Notes: a model not told the origin generated them from the letters alone. A DNA stretch of 64,000 bases from Clostridiaceae bacterium (GCA_021771025.1 JAETPW010000008.1:355-64354); one strand, 5' to 3'. Shown: positions 44,094 through 53,904, counted from the first letter of the stretch. A program made the numbers and translations.

Positions 44094-45902
44094 CTAAATC
44101 CATCCTTTAGCACGATATTCTTTAATTTTATTCAAATCTTCTTCACTTGGTGTTGTTTCTTTATCCTTTATTTGGTTGTCGTATTCCTTTACCCATTTCG
44201 TTAATATAGTTTGTATAATTTCTGCTATTTTTTCATCTCTAGCATCTATATTTTCGAGTTTCCAATCTTCTTCCTGTATTTTTTCCATGTTCTTTGTGAT
44301 TTGGATATTGGATTTTCGGTAAAATTCTTTTTTCTTTCCAAAATATCCGTTTCCCGCTTCTATGTTCAGCTTTTTTTCGAATGGAATTTTATTTCCGAGA
44401 TGTTCAATTTTGGCTTTTATTTCTTCATCTGTTTTATCTTGATTTTCAAAGTAATTGGCATGCCATTTTTGTGGAAATATATGTTCAATTTCCCATTTTT
44501 CTGGCAGTCTTTCTTCTTGTTCTCTTTCTTGATAGGCTAGTACTTTTAATAACATTCTTACGGTATTGTTGTGAGGTGTTTTTACTCTTTCCTTGAATTC
44601 TGTCGGATTAATTGTTAAGGAGTTAAATTGTGGAATTTCCGTTTTTATCATTTCTGCATTTAGTTTCATGATGTCTGACTTAACGGCATTAATGGTTGGT
44701 ATTTCTAGGTATTTTACGGTTAGAAAAGCAAAAAATCTTCGCAAAAATAGGAGAAATTGATTTTCAAATTCTGGATTTTCTTTATTTTTTAAGTAGTAAG
44801 TGATGACTGGATATTTCCAAAATTCGTTCGGATAGGAATTTAAGGTGTCTAACATTTTTTGTATTTCTAAATTTTCGGACCATTTTTCGTTTTCTATTGT
44901 TTCTCTTTTATTAATGACTATCCAAAGAGTTAAAATTTTGTTTAAATTTTCTAATAAATCTTTTTGATATAGTCTTTCAAATTTCTTTTCTGAAAAGTAT
45001 TTTCTTAATCCCGGTGTTGTGGTTTTGATGTCTCCTTCTACTGCTCTTAAATAGAACATATAATAATAGAATAAATGTTGAATACTTTCTCCTGCTTCTT
45101 GTGCGTTACTGTCTAGTTCCTTCCATTCTTGAATAAATTCTTTTCTTTCCTTTTTGTCTGAAATTTGGTTATAGATTTTTGCTTTGAATATATCGGCATC
45201 TGATAATGGTAGTCCTCGGTTGTTTAGGGTAGAAAATATGGTTAACGCTGTTTCTTGATTGTCTGCACTGATGGGTAGTAGTATAGCTTTGTTTAATAGA
45301 TTAAAAATAAAAGTATATATTTTTAATGGATTTTCTAGAGAAGCTTTTTCGTATAGTTCTAAGAATTTTCGATAGTTTTTGGAATAGTTATCTTTTGCCT
45401 TTTCGTCGGCTTGTCCTGTTTCTAGGATGTGTTTTAATATTTGGTTACCTTCATCATTAATTACGTATGAGGTTAACAATATTTCTGAATAATTTACTTC
45501 TCCTGTTAAATTGTCAGTTTTCCATATGGCTGGTTCTATTTGTTTGATGAAGTTGTTCGCTTCTTTTGTACGGTTTTGTATAGCCATTAATTTGGTATAG
45601 ATTGCTCTTAGTAATAAAAGTAAAGAGGTAATTCTTTGTTGACCGTCAATAATTTCTTGTTCTTTTTTTTCATTTTCAAATGAAACAATACTTCCTAAAA
45701 AATAGGATGTTTGTGTGCTTTCTTCTTCGTTTGTGTTATTGGTAAATTCCCATAAGTCTTCAAATAGTGTTTCTATTTGCTCCTCTGTCCAAGCATAAGG
45801 TCTTTGGTATTCTGGTATGATAAATGGTTTTTCTTTTCCTCCTTCTAATAAACTTTTTACACTTTGTTTACTTACTGATATTTCTGTTGCCATGATTATC
45901 AT
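44094..45902 (-). CDS. GmrSD-like type IV restriction enzyme (DUF262 + DUF1524)
   Basis: The N-terminal DUF262 signature is FIIPEYQRPYAWTEEQ and DGQQR. The C-terminal His-Me finger is WEIEHIFPQKW ... HLGNKIPFEKKLN. Confidence 0.8.
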   Translation of the reverse strand: MIIMATEISVSKQSVKSLLEGGKEKPFIIPEYQRPYAWTEEQIETLFEDLWEFTNNTNEEESTQTSYFLGSIVSFENEKKEQEIIDGQQRITSLLLLLRAIYTKLMAIQNRTKEANNFIKQIEPAIWKTDNLTGEVNYSEILLTSYVINDEGNQILKHILETGQADEKAKDNYSKNYRKFLELYEKASLENPLKIYTFIFNLLNKAILLPISADNQETALTIFSTLNNRGLPLSDADIFKAKIYNQISDKKERKEFIQEWKELDSNAQEAGESIQHLFYYYMFYLRAVEGDIKTTTPGLRKYFSEKKFERLYQKDLLENLNKILTLWIVINKRETIENEKWSENLEIQKMLDTLNSYPNEFWKYPVITYYLKNKENPEFENQFLLFLRRFFAFLTVKYLEIPTINAVKSDIMKLNAEMIKTEIPQFNSLTINPTEFKERVKTPHNNTVRMLLKVLAYQEREQEERLPEKWEIEHIFPQKWHANYFENQDKTDEEIKAKIEHLGNKIPFEKKLNIEAGNGYFGKKKEFYRKSNIQITKNMEKIQEEDWKLENIDARDEKIAEIIQTILTKWVKEYDNQIKDKETTPSEEDLNKIKEYRAKGWI

Positions 45903-46045
45903 TTCTCCTTTTTGCTTTATTTTATTACATTTTTGTTTTTATAGCAATATGGTATTGGTTTTATCTTGAATTACTTTTCAAACTAATTGGTTGAATTACG
46001 AAAAATTCATTTGACAATGCTAAAAAATCATACTATTATATAGTT

Positions 46046-46123
46046 ACATTAAACAATGTACTCTCGTTCGGGGTGTGTTATATTGTTTACCTGTATGTGT
46101 ACCTCAATGCACATACTTTTTTT
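46046..46123 (+). ncRNA. Candidate small RNA (promoter-to-terminator unit of ~78 nt)
   Basis: TTGACA (46011-46016), a 17-nt spacer, then TATTAT (46034-46039). The terminator is gtatgtg-N10-cacatac plus T7 (46093-46123), with an internal 8-bp stem taaacaat/attgttta. No SD-led ORF is present. Confidence 0.3.
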
Positions 46124-46259
46124 ATGTATAGAAATAAAAGAAAAGGAAAGCACCTTCAAATACTTTCCCATTCTGACTATATAATGATACTTTTAGAATA
46201 TTAACTAAATGGAAAAATTATGCCCCTACATATCATAAGTCAATAGTTGGTTAAAGCTT

Positions 46260-46295
46260 AAAAAACAAGGAACTGCAAAATGTGCAATTCCTTGT
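46260..46295 (-). terminator. Terminator downstream of tRNA-fMet
   Basis: The hairpin caaggaattgca/tgcagttccttg has one mismatch and is followed by U6 on the minus strand. Confidence 0.6.
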
Positions 46296-46302
46296 ATAAT
46301 TT

Positions 46303-46378
46303 TGGTTGCGGGGGTAGGACTCGAACCTACGACCTTTGGGTTATGAGCCCAACGAGCTGCCAACTGCTCCACCCCGCG
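46303..46378 (-). tRNA. Initiator tRNA-fMet (CAU)
   Basis: The minus-strand sequence is CGCGGGGUGGAGCAGUUGGCAGCUCGUUGGGCUCAUAACCCAAAGGUCGUAGGUUCGAGUCCUACCCCCGCAACCA. It has the C1xA72 mismatch, three G-C pairs closing the anticodon stem, a CAU anticodon and an encoded CCA. Confidence 0.93.
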
Positions 46379-46539
46379 ATGTATTGACTTTATTATTATA
46401 CCTCTTCATGCTTACTTTTGTCAATACTTTTTGGAAATTTCATGAAAATCGTATCTCTTATAGTATATGTTAAATCTTAAATAAGTATTCCTATTTAGCC
46501 TTATTTTCTTTCATTTCTTTGTTTTCTTAGCCTTTTTGT

Positions 46540-47253
46540 TTAGCACTCTATTTCATCACCATCTTCTTTTAGTAGAATTCTATTGATTGGGTGTTTTTTT
46601 AGTTCTTCTCTAGTAGATTCTCTCAAGTGGGTAGGGATGATAATTCCTTCTTTTTCTGATATTAATTGGGTTAAATCTTTAATTCCCATGTGCTCTTTTG
46701 TACTAGTAATGAGTGAACAGTCCGCAATCATTATTTCTGATTGTTTCCAAATTTTGCTTACTCCTTCTCCTGGTCCAGTGTCTCCTGTTAATCCTATTTT
46801 GTGATTAATACTATATCCATATGCTTCTACTATATCCCCATGTTGCACTCTAATAGGTTCTATTTTATATTTTTCTAACTCTATTGTTTTTCCTTCTTGC
46901 ACTTCTTCAAAATAGAATTCGCCCATTTGTTTTATTTCCTGTTCATTTTCGAAATAGTAAGTTTGGAAAAGTTTAATAATTTGTTCTTTTATCCCTTTTG
47001 GTCCATAAATCGTAATAGGCTGTGTTGATTCTATATGAGATAGATATTTTAAGAGAAATGGTGTATCTGCCATGTGATCTCCATGAAAATGAGTAATTAA
47101 GACTGTTTTGATTTTTTCTGGTTTAAATCCTCGCTTTAATAGTTGTTTTACTGTTCCATTTGGTGTATCAATTAATAAATCATCATTAATTAGGGTACAA
47201 GCACTATGGTATTTGGTGTATATTGCCCCTGTTCCGATTAGTGTTAGTTTCAT
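46540..47253 (-). CDS. MBL-fold metallo-hydrolase
   Basis: HFHGDHMAD (HxHxDH) motif; 237 aa. Confidence 0.8.
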   Translation of the reverse strand: MKLTLIGTGAIYTKYHSACTLINDDLLIDTPNGTVKQLLKRGFKPEKIKTVLITHFHGDHMADTPFLLKYLSHIESTQPITIYGPKGIKEQIIKLFQTYYFENEQEIKQMGEFYFEEVQEGKTIELEKYKIEPIRVQHGDIVEAYGYSINHKIGLTGDTGPGEGVSKIWKQSEIMIADCSLITSTKEHMGIKDLTQLISEKEGIIIPTHLRESTREELKKHPINRILLKEDGDEIEC

Positions 47254-47463
47254 TTTTTTCCTATCTTCTTTCTTGAAATGTTGTTTTTTATTAGGGTAAT
47301 TATAATATATGATAAAATAAAATTCAAGGGATTATAGTGAAAAACTATTGACAGGAATTATAGTGAAAAACATTACAAAATTAAATTACTCTGGAGAGAA
47401 GCCTAACCATACAGTTGTATGATTAGGCTTAGCTGTGTTTATCAAATTGTTATTTAAGTAATA

Positions 47464-48534
47464 TTATTGATGTGTTTCTAAAAACTTATCGATAAATGCT
47501 TGATATTCTTCTTTGGGAAGTTTGCATTCATCTCCGTCATAAAATCTTTTAGAGAAGATTAAACGGCAGTTGTTTTCTTCATTAAATGAAATGATTTGAT
47601 AATGGGCAAAAGTCATGTATCCTGTTTTCTGGGTAGCTAAAAGAACATCGTCTCCTAATCTTAATTCTCTGACTCCTTCTGAGTATTCTTTGTTGTCTGA
47701 TAAGACAGAAAGAGAACGATTAGGCGTATCAAATTCTGTAATGAATAGACTATTTCCTATTTTTTTGGCAGGATATAATGTTCTTATTTTGTTTTCTTGT
47801 TTTTTGTTTGGTCGGTTGCCTTCTGCTTTATATTCTTGTTTGAAATAGTTTACGCATACAGAATACATTCTTGCTTTTAGTGTCATTGTTTTGTCAGAAG
47901 TCCATAAACTTACTTCTTCATGGTGCTCTGCACAATAATTTATGATACATTCATCTGCTGTCTCTTTTGTTTCGTCAATTAATACGTTGTTAAATATTTC
48001 TTCATTTTCGGCTGCTAATCCTAAAACATATCTGGCATTCATGGAACTTAAATCACTGAATGTTTGTATTTTTTCAAGTTCTTTTATGGTTACACTCGTT
48101 AAAATAATCTTTGTTTTACTTTCCATGATATGCGAACATATTTCTTTGAATTCTGCTAAGCCAGTAATGGATGCATCAATTACTATTGATTTGTTTTTTT
48201 CTAAAGTCTCTTTTTTCTTTTCGTTTATGGTTATTTTCTGATTGTTTTCTCCTTCTAGCTGTTTCGGTTTCTGTTGCTGTTCTTTCTTTGGCTCATTTTT
48301 TTGTTGTGTTTTTTTGATTTTTGTTTTGGCTTTTGCCTTTTGGCGATTATTGGCTAATTTTTGTTTTATCCTTTCTTCTGCACCAGTATGTTTAGCTAAT
48401 GTTGTTCTTATTCCTACATAGGATAAATTCATAGCCTCTTGAATTTCTTTCATGGTTTTTGCTTTTTTAGCTATTTCTTTAATTTTTCTAAAGTCCCGTT
48501 CCATTTCTTCTGCGTTTCTTCTTGATTTTTCCAT
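47464..48534 (-). CDS. Hypothetical protein with a Lys-rich linker and a PIN-like domain
   Basis: The start is at MEKSRRN after AAGGAG. It has an N-terminal helical/HTH-like segment. The central part (VIDASITG...TSVTIKELE...ADECIINY...WTSDKT) resembles the acidic residues of a PIN domain. Confidence 0.45.
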   Translation of the reverse strand: MEKSRRNAEEMERDFRKIKEIAKKAKTMKEIQEAMNLSYVGIRTTLAKHTGAEERIKQKLANNRQKAKAKTKIKKTQQKNEPKKEQQQKPKQLEGENNQKITINEKKKETLEKNKSIVIDASITGLAEFKEICSHIMESKTKIILTSVTIKELEKIQTFSDLSSMNARYVLGLAAENEEIFNNVLIDETKETADECIINYCAEHHEEVSLWTSDKTMTLKARMYSVCVNYFKQEYKAEGNRPNKKQENKIRTLYPAKKIGNSLFITEFDTPNRSLSVLSDNKEYSEGVRELRLGDDVLLATQKTGYMTFAHYQIISFNEENNCRLIFSKRFYDGDECKLPKEEYQAFIDKFLETHQ

Positions 48535-48747
48535 GTTTTTTTCTCCTTTTGTTTTCATTTAAGTTAGTTTAATTTCTTGTTTTAGTTTATTACTTAAAAT
48601 TTACTCTCTCCTTTCTGCCTTTTCAGGCAATCTTAACATAATGTGTTATAACTTAAGTATAACATATTTATTTCTATTTGTAAACTTTGTTTCTTTTAGA
48701 AATGTATAAACTATAAAAAAAACACCTTCACGATGTCTTTTTTGGAT

Positions 48748-49134
48748 TTATTTTTTAATTTCTAGCATGGAATTAGCAATTCCTTTACAATAGATTAGAT
48801 ATTCTTGAATCAGTTGTTTATCTTCTAATTCTTCTAATATATTTTTAAATTCGGCTAAGTTTTTGTCTATTTTTATTTCTTTGCTATTGGCTATCATATC
48901 GTCTAACATTAAAAAATCAAAAGATAAATCTAAAACATTTACGATATCTAACATAGTTGGTAAACTAGCAATGCGATTTCCACTTTCTAAGTTACTAATG
49001 TAGGATGGCGTTACATCAATAAGCTCTGCTAATTTTTCTTGAGAGATATTTTTTCGTATACGTTGGTCTTTTATTTTTTTACCAATAGTTTTCATTTCCA
49101 TATTTATCTTCTCAACTCCTTGTTTTAAGTGCAT
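48748..49134 (-). CDS. XRE-family helix-turn-helix transcriptional regulator
   Basis: The HTH is ISQEKLAELIDVTPSYISNLESGNR. Whether the start is M1, M12 or M14 is uncertain. Confidence 0.8.
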   Translation of the reverse strand: MHLKQGVEKINMEMKTIGKKIKDQRIRKNISQEKLAELIDVTPSYISNLESGNRIASLPTMLDIVNVLDLSFDFLMLDDMIANSKEIKIDKNLAEFKNILEELEDKQLIQEYLIYCKGIANSMLEIKK

Positions 49135-49528
49135 TATATCTTTTTCCTAATGGTTTGGGAATAAACTATTTGTTTTTCCTATTTCTGTATGAAATATCCA
49201 TAACTTTTCTATAAGAAAAATTTGGTTCTTTTTTTCTTTTTATTTCCATATATTGAAATGAAACTATTTTCCCCCATTATTAGTATTCTTTTGATGATTA
49301 ATCATGGCTAATGCTTTAGGTAACACTCTTTTTTCTATACTAGTATTTTTATCTTGTTTATGCTATACTTTGTATGTCTTTATTTTTACCCAATTTTAAA
49401 AAATTATGAATACTTTTTGTGATGGTTTAGTTTAACCATTCGATAGAAGGTTAGTTTGAAAGAAAGGTAAAATTCTTTCATTACTAGATATACCTTTAAA
49501 TTAAAACGAGAAAGGAATGGAGGTTTTT

Positions 49529-50200
49529 ATGGAAGAATGTAAAATAAGTAACTTATATGATTTATCGCAAACAATTGCTGCCCCTCTTTTTGAGGGAATA
49601 ACTTATCCATGGGAGGTATTACCAAAGATCAGCGAATTTATTATTGCTTTAGGAAATACTTTGTCGCCTGAAGAATATGACCAACATGAAGACCATGTTT
49701 GGATTGCAAAATCAGCTACTGTTTTTCCTAGTGCGTATATTCATGGGCCTGCTATTATTGACAAAAATGCAGAAGTTAGGCATTGTGCTTTTATTCGTGG
49801 AAATGCTATTGTTGGCGAAGACGCTGTTGTGGGGAATTCTACAGAACTTAAAAATGTCATTTTATTTAATCGTGTGCAAGTTCCTCATTACAATTATGTC
49901 GGTGATTCGATTTTAGGGTATTGTTCTCATATGGGAGCTGGTTCGATTACTTCTAATGTGAAATCAGATAAAAAATTGGTTGTGATTAAAAATGGATCTT
50001 TCTCTTTAGAAACTGGCTTAAAAAAAGTTGGTGCTATGTTAGGTGATCATGTAGAAGTTGGTTGTGGATCGGTGTTAAATCCTGGAACAGTAATTGGTGC
50101 AAATACCAACATTTACCCATTATCTTCGGTTCGTGGTGTTATTCCTAAGGCTTCTATTTATAAAGATGAGCAAAACATTGTTCCAAAAATTATTACTTAG
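49529..50200 (+). CDS. Hexapeptide-repeat (left-handed beta-helix) transferase-like protein
   Basis: Repeated [LIV]-G-x-x-x-x periodicity (IVGEDAVVGNSTELKNVILF..., VGCGSVLNPGTVIGANT). The start is at the ATG following GGAGG. Confidence 0.65.
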   Translation: MEECKISNLYDLSQTIAAPLFEGITYPWEVLPKISEFIIALGNTLSPEEYDQHEDHVWIAKSATVFPSAYIHGPAIIDKNAEVRHCAFIRGNAIVGEDAVVGNSTELKNVILFNRVQVPHYNYVGDSILGYCSHMGAGSITSNVKSDKKLVVIKNGSFSLETGLKKVGAMLGDHVEVGCGSVLNPGTVIGANTNIYPLSSVRGVIPKASIYKDEQNIVPKIIT

Positions 50201-50294
50201 TCCTAATTATTGTAAAGTAGCATAGTGAGCCTAGGTATTGATTTGCATTTCCCTTTCTTCTATGGTAGAATACAAACCATAAGGAGGAAATACG

Positions 50295-50675
50295 ATGAAA
50301 AATAAATTAATCATTAAAACATGCCACTCATGTGGAGTAACTATCAAAATAATGTCAGAAACCCATTCTTCTCTTCCTTCCCTTCAGTGTTGTGGGGAAG
50401 AAATGACAGAATGTGTTCCTAATTCAGTGGATGCTGCAATAGAGAAACATGTTCCTACTTACGAAAAAGTAGAAGATGAAATTTTTGTTAAAGTAAATCA
50501 TGTTATGGAAAAAGAACATTTCATTGAATGGATTACTCTTGTAGCAGGAGAAAAGGAATATACTGTTACGTTGTATCCTGAACAAAATGCAGAGGTTCGT
50601 TTCCCTTATATTTCTGGCAGTTGCTTATATGCTTATTGCAATAAACATGGACTTTGGAAAAAAGAAGTTAATTAG
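50295..50675 (+). CDS. dfx: Desulfoferrodoxin (superoxide reductase)
   Basis: It has an N-terminal CxxC...CC centre (CHSCG...QCCGEEM) and a C-terminal SOR centre (EKHVP...EHFIEW...CNKHGLW). Confidence 0.85.
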   Translation: MKNKLIIKTCHSCGVTIKIMSETHSSLPSLQCCGEEMTECVPNSVDAAIEKHVPTYEKVEDEIFVKVNHVMEKEHFIEWITLVAGEKEYTVTLYPEQNAEVRFPYISGSCLYAYCNKHGLWKKEVN

Positions 50676-50682
50676 TAAAAAA

Positions 50683-50720
50683 GTTAGTTAGAGAAAGACG
50701 ATTCTCTAACTAACTTTTTT
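50683..50720. terminator. Bidirectional terminator between dfx and the suf genes
   Basis: gttagttagaga-N8-tctctaactaac is flanked by A6 and T6. Confidence 0.75.
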
Positions 50721-50743
50721 CATGTTTTTTCTCTTTTTTTATT

Positions 50744-51676
50744 TTATCGTAAAAATCCATTAATGATTTCTTCTTCCGCTTCTTTTTCACTTAATCCCAA
50801 TGTCATTAATTTGGTAATTTGTTCCCCGGCAATCTTTCCAATTGCTGCTTCATGAATTAAATTAGCATCTACATGATTAGCCGTAATTTCTGGTGTAGCC
50901 GTTACTTTTGCTTCGTCTTTGATGATGGCATCACATTCACTATGGGCAAAACATTCATTGTTTCCATAGATTTTAGAAACAAAAAATTGAGTCGACTGAT
51001 CTGTTGCTACTGATCGAGAAGTAACATGTGTACTTGAATTTTTCCCTTTTAATTCGACATCAAAAATGGTTTTTGCCATTTGAATTCCATTGGTCATAAT
51101 TTTTTCTGATACGACAAAATTGGTGTTGTTCCCTAGTACTCCTTTTGTTTCACGAATGGTAGAATCTACCCCTTTAATTTGAGCACTTTGCATTTCCATA
51201 CTGCTTCCATCTTTTAAGTACACTTCTGTTACTGGATTTAAAATTCGTTTTCCGTCGCCTATTCCTTCTCCATAATGTTTCTCTATATAACGTACTTTTG
51301 CCCCTTCTTCTAAGAAAAAGCGGTGAATTCCATCATGTTTGGAATCTTGATGGTGATCATTATGGATTCCACATCCTGCTACAATGATCACATTTGCATT
51401 TTTTCCAATGTAAAAGTCGTTGTACACTAAATCGTTTAAACCACTTTCTGTTAAAATAACGGGAATATGAACAAATTCAAATTTGGTGTTTTCTTTCACG
51501 TATATGTTAATACCAGGTTTATCGGTTTTCGTCATGATATTAATATTTTCTGTTACTTTTCGCTCTATTCCTTTTCCATTTTTACGAATGTTATAGGCTC
51601 CTTTTTTGATTTGATCAAAATCGGATATTTCGTTTAGCAAACTTTGGTCTAATTGGTTAATTTGGTTTTCTTCCAT
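50744..51676 (-). CDS. SufB/SufD-family Fe-S cluster assembly protein
   Basis: 310 aa with a SufBD beta-helix-like C-terminus (ANLIHEAAIGKIAGEQITKLMTLGLSEKEAEEEIINGF). It lies downstream of sufC. Confidence 0.75.
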   Translation of the reverse strand: MEENQINQLDQSLLNEISDFDQIKKGAYNIRKNGKGIERKVTENINIMTKTDKPGINIYVKENTKFEFVHIPVILTESGLNDLVYNDFYIGKNANVIIVAGCGIHNDHHQDSKHDGIHRFFLEEGAKVRYIEKHYGEGIGDGKRILNPVTEVYLKDGSSMEMQSAQIKGVDSTIRETKGVLGNNTNFVVSEKIMTNGIQMAKTIFDVELKGKNSSTHVTSRSVATDQSTQFFVSKIYGNNECFAHSECDAIIKDEAKVTATPEITANHVDANLIHEAAIGKIAGEQITKLMTLGLSEKEAEEEIINGFLR

Positions 51677-51848
51677 ACTTTTAGCATAGGCTAACTAAAA
51701 GGCTAGCCTATTTCTCCTTTCTTCCTATTGGTAATCTTTTAAGCTTTATCTTAACTAGGTATTATCATTTATCTTTTCCTTTGTGCAAATGATCTATTAC
51801 TGTAATGTTCCTATAGTTAAGTTGCTGCGTAATAGCTTTTTTACTTTT

Positions 51849-52553
51849 TTATCGTTTTAATTTGCAACATTGTGCTGCTTTGATGTGTTCATTAAGGATT
51901 TCTTCACTGGTTCCTATTTTTTCAATTTTGCCTGCTTTCATGAGAATAATTTGATCGGCTATGGTTAATATTCTTTCTTGGTGGGAAATGATTAAGGTTG
52001 TCCCTTTGATCATGTTTCTCATGCTTTCAAAAATTTCAATTAAGTTATTAAAACTCCATAAATCAATTCCTGCTTCTGGTTCATCGAAAATAGTTAAGGT
52101 GGTTTCTCGTACCGCTACTGTGGCAATTTCAATACGTTTTAATTCTCCTCCTGATAAGGAGCCATTTACTTCCCTATCTACGTATTCATTAGCACAAAGT
52201 CCTACTTTAGATAATATTTCACAGGCTTGTTTTTTGTTTATCTCTTTTTTTGAGGCTATTTTTAGTAAGTCATAAACTGTGATTCCTTTGAATTTTACTG
52301 GTTGCTGAAATGCAAAACTAATGCCTAAATTAGCTCTTTCATGAATACTTAATGAAGTTATTTCTTTTCCTTGCCATATAATTTTTCCTGAATCTGGTTT
52401 CTCTATTCCCATAATAATTTTAACGAGGGTAGATTTACCTGATCCATTTGGTCCAGTAATGGCAATAAATTGGTCAGTATCTAAGTTTAAGTTAATGTTG
52501 TCTAAAATTTTTCTGTTTTCCCTTTCAAAGCAAATATTTTCTAATTCTAACAT
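51849..52553 (-). CDS. sufC: SufC-like Fe-S assembly ATPase
   Basis: It has Walker A (GPNGSGKST), the signature SGGELKR and Walker B (IFDEPEAGID). Confidence 0.8.
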   Translation of the reverse strand: MLELENICFERENRKILDNINLNLDTDQFIAITGPNGSGKSTLVKIIMGIEKPDSGKIIWQGKEITSLSIHERANLGISFAFQQPVKFKGITVYDLLKIASKKEINKKQACEILSKVGLCANEYVDREVNGSLSGGELKRIEIATVAVRETTLTIFDEPEAGIDLWSFNNLIEIFESMRNMIKGTTLIISHQERILTIADQIILMKAGKIEKIGTSEEILNEHIKAAQCCKLKR

Positions 52554-52631
52554 ATTCGTTCCTTTCTTTTGGTTTAATTTATTGTATTTTGTATAGTTTA
52601 ACTTGATAGAGTTTTTTGGTAGATTTATTAT

Positions 52632-53135
52632 TTACGGTTTAAATGGGAGGTCTAAATTGGTTTGATTTTGCTTCTTTTTTAAACGATTTCTTGCTGTAAT
52701 TTTTACACAATGTCTGCATTTTTCGTTATTGCTATCATATCCGCAGTCTAAGTCTCCCAAATCTAATACTTTATGAATATAGGCTTCTAGTTTTTCTTCT
52801 GTTTCTACCGATAAGGCATGTTTCATTGCTTTTGCTTCTTTTTCTGCTTGTTCATCTTCTATTTCTAACACTTCTGTTAAAAACATTTTGACAATGTCAT
52901 GCTTTTTTAAAATTTTTTGTGCTGTTTGTTTGCCTAAATTGGTTAATGTGATCTCTCCGTAACTTTCATAATTGACTAACCCTTTATCAGCTAAATGATG
53001 AATGGCACGATTAACACTGGGTTTGGTGATTTTTAAACGTTTGGCAATATCGGTTACTCGTATTTCTTTTTCTGTATTAGCTAATATGTACATTGTTTTT
53101 AGGTATTCTTCTTGCGAATTACTTAATTCTACCAT
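52632..53135 (-). CDS. DtxR/MntR-family metal-dependent repressor
   Basis: EEYLKTMYIL...VTDIAKRLKITKPSVNRAIHHLADKGLV is the classic DtxR N-terminal HTH. Confidence 0.82.
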   Translation of the reverse strand: MVELSNSQEEYLKTMYILANTEKEIRVTDIAKRLKITKPSVNRAIHHLADKGLVNYESYGEITLTNLGKQTAQKILKKHDIVKMFLTEVLEIEDEQAEKEAKAMKHALSVETEEKLEAYIHKVLDLGDLDCGYDSNNEKCRHCVKITARNRLKKKQNQTNLDLPFKP

Positions 53136-53202
53136 TTATTTTCTCCTTTTGTTAGCTTTCGCTAACATTATACTTTCTTTTTTTTCTTTTGTCAATACTT
53201 TT

Positions 53203-53904
53203 TTATTTAATACAAATATAATCCTTTACTTTTTCAAACTTACTCTCCCCAATTCCCTTTACTTCTTTTATTTGTTCAATTTGAGTAAATTTTCCCTTTT
53301 CTTTACGATAATCAATAATTCTTTGTGCTATGGCAGGTCCAATTCCTGGTAATTCATCTAATTCATTTAAGCCCGCCGTATTCAAATTAATTTTTCTGTT
53401 TTTCTTCGTGGTATCATTTTGTTTTTCTTCACTTTCTTGACTCGTTTCCTTAGTTCCACTTTCTTTTGTTATCCATTTGCTTTGTTTACTTTCATTTTCC
53501 TCACTATTTTCTGGAGAAGCTTTCTCGTCTTCCCCTTGAAAGGGAATTCTAATTTTCATGCCATCCTCCAATTGATAAGCTAAATTAATTAACTCAATAT
53601 CGGCATTTTCAGCTAATCCTCCGGCTTTTTCTATAGCATCTGAAATTCTGCTAGTTAACTTTAATGAATAAACTCCCTCTTGCTTAACAGCTCCTGTCAC
53701 GTATACAACGATCTCTTCCTCTACTGCCTTCCTTTCCTCTTGGGTTTCCTTTTCTTGAACCGCCAAATTATCATTAGAACTAAACTCTTCACCATTTATA
53801 CCATTTGTATGTTTATACCAAACGATTCCTCCTACCAATATACAAATTCCTATGCCAATTAAACACTTTTGTTTATAATTCAATTGATTCATCATTTTCC
53901 TCAT
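53203..53904 (-). CDS. comEA: ComEA-like DNA receptor (SLBB + helix-hairpin-helix)
   Basis: It has a TM anchor, an SLBB-like region (VVYVTGAVKQEGVY) and the C-terminus INLNTAGLNELDELPGIGPAIAQRII. Confidence 0.85.
   Translation of the reverse strand: MRKMMNQLNYKQKCLIGIGICILVGGIVWYKHTNGINGEEFSSNDNLAVQEKETQEERKAVEEEIVVYVTGAVKQEGVYSLKLTSRISDAIEKAGGLAENADIELINLAYQLEDGMKIRIPFQGEDEKASPENSEENESKQSKWITKESGTKETSQESEEKQNDTTKKNRKINLNTAGLNELDELPGIGPAIAQRIIDYRKEKGKFTQIEQIKEVKGIGESKFEKVKDYICIK

Noticed and set aside
33400-46400. Calling the defence island a tRNA-integrated mobile element
   Set aside because: I found no integrase, recombinase or transposase ORF. I also found no copy of the tRNA-fMet 3' end (tggttgcggggg...) at the distal border. 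I therefore report it only as an island adjacent to a tRNA.
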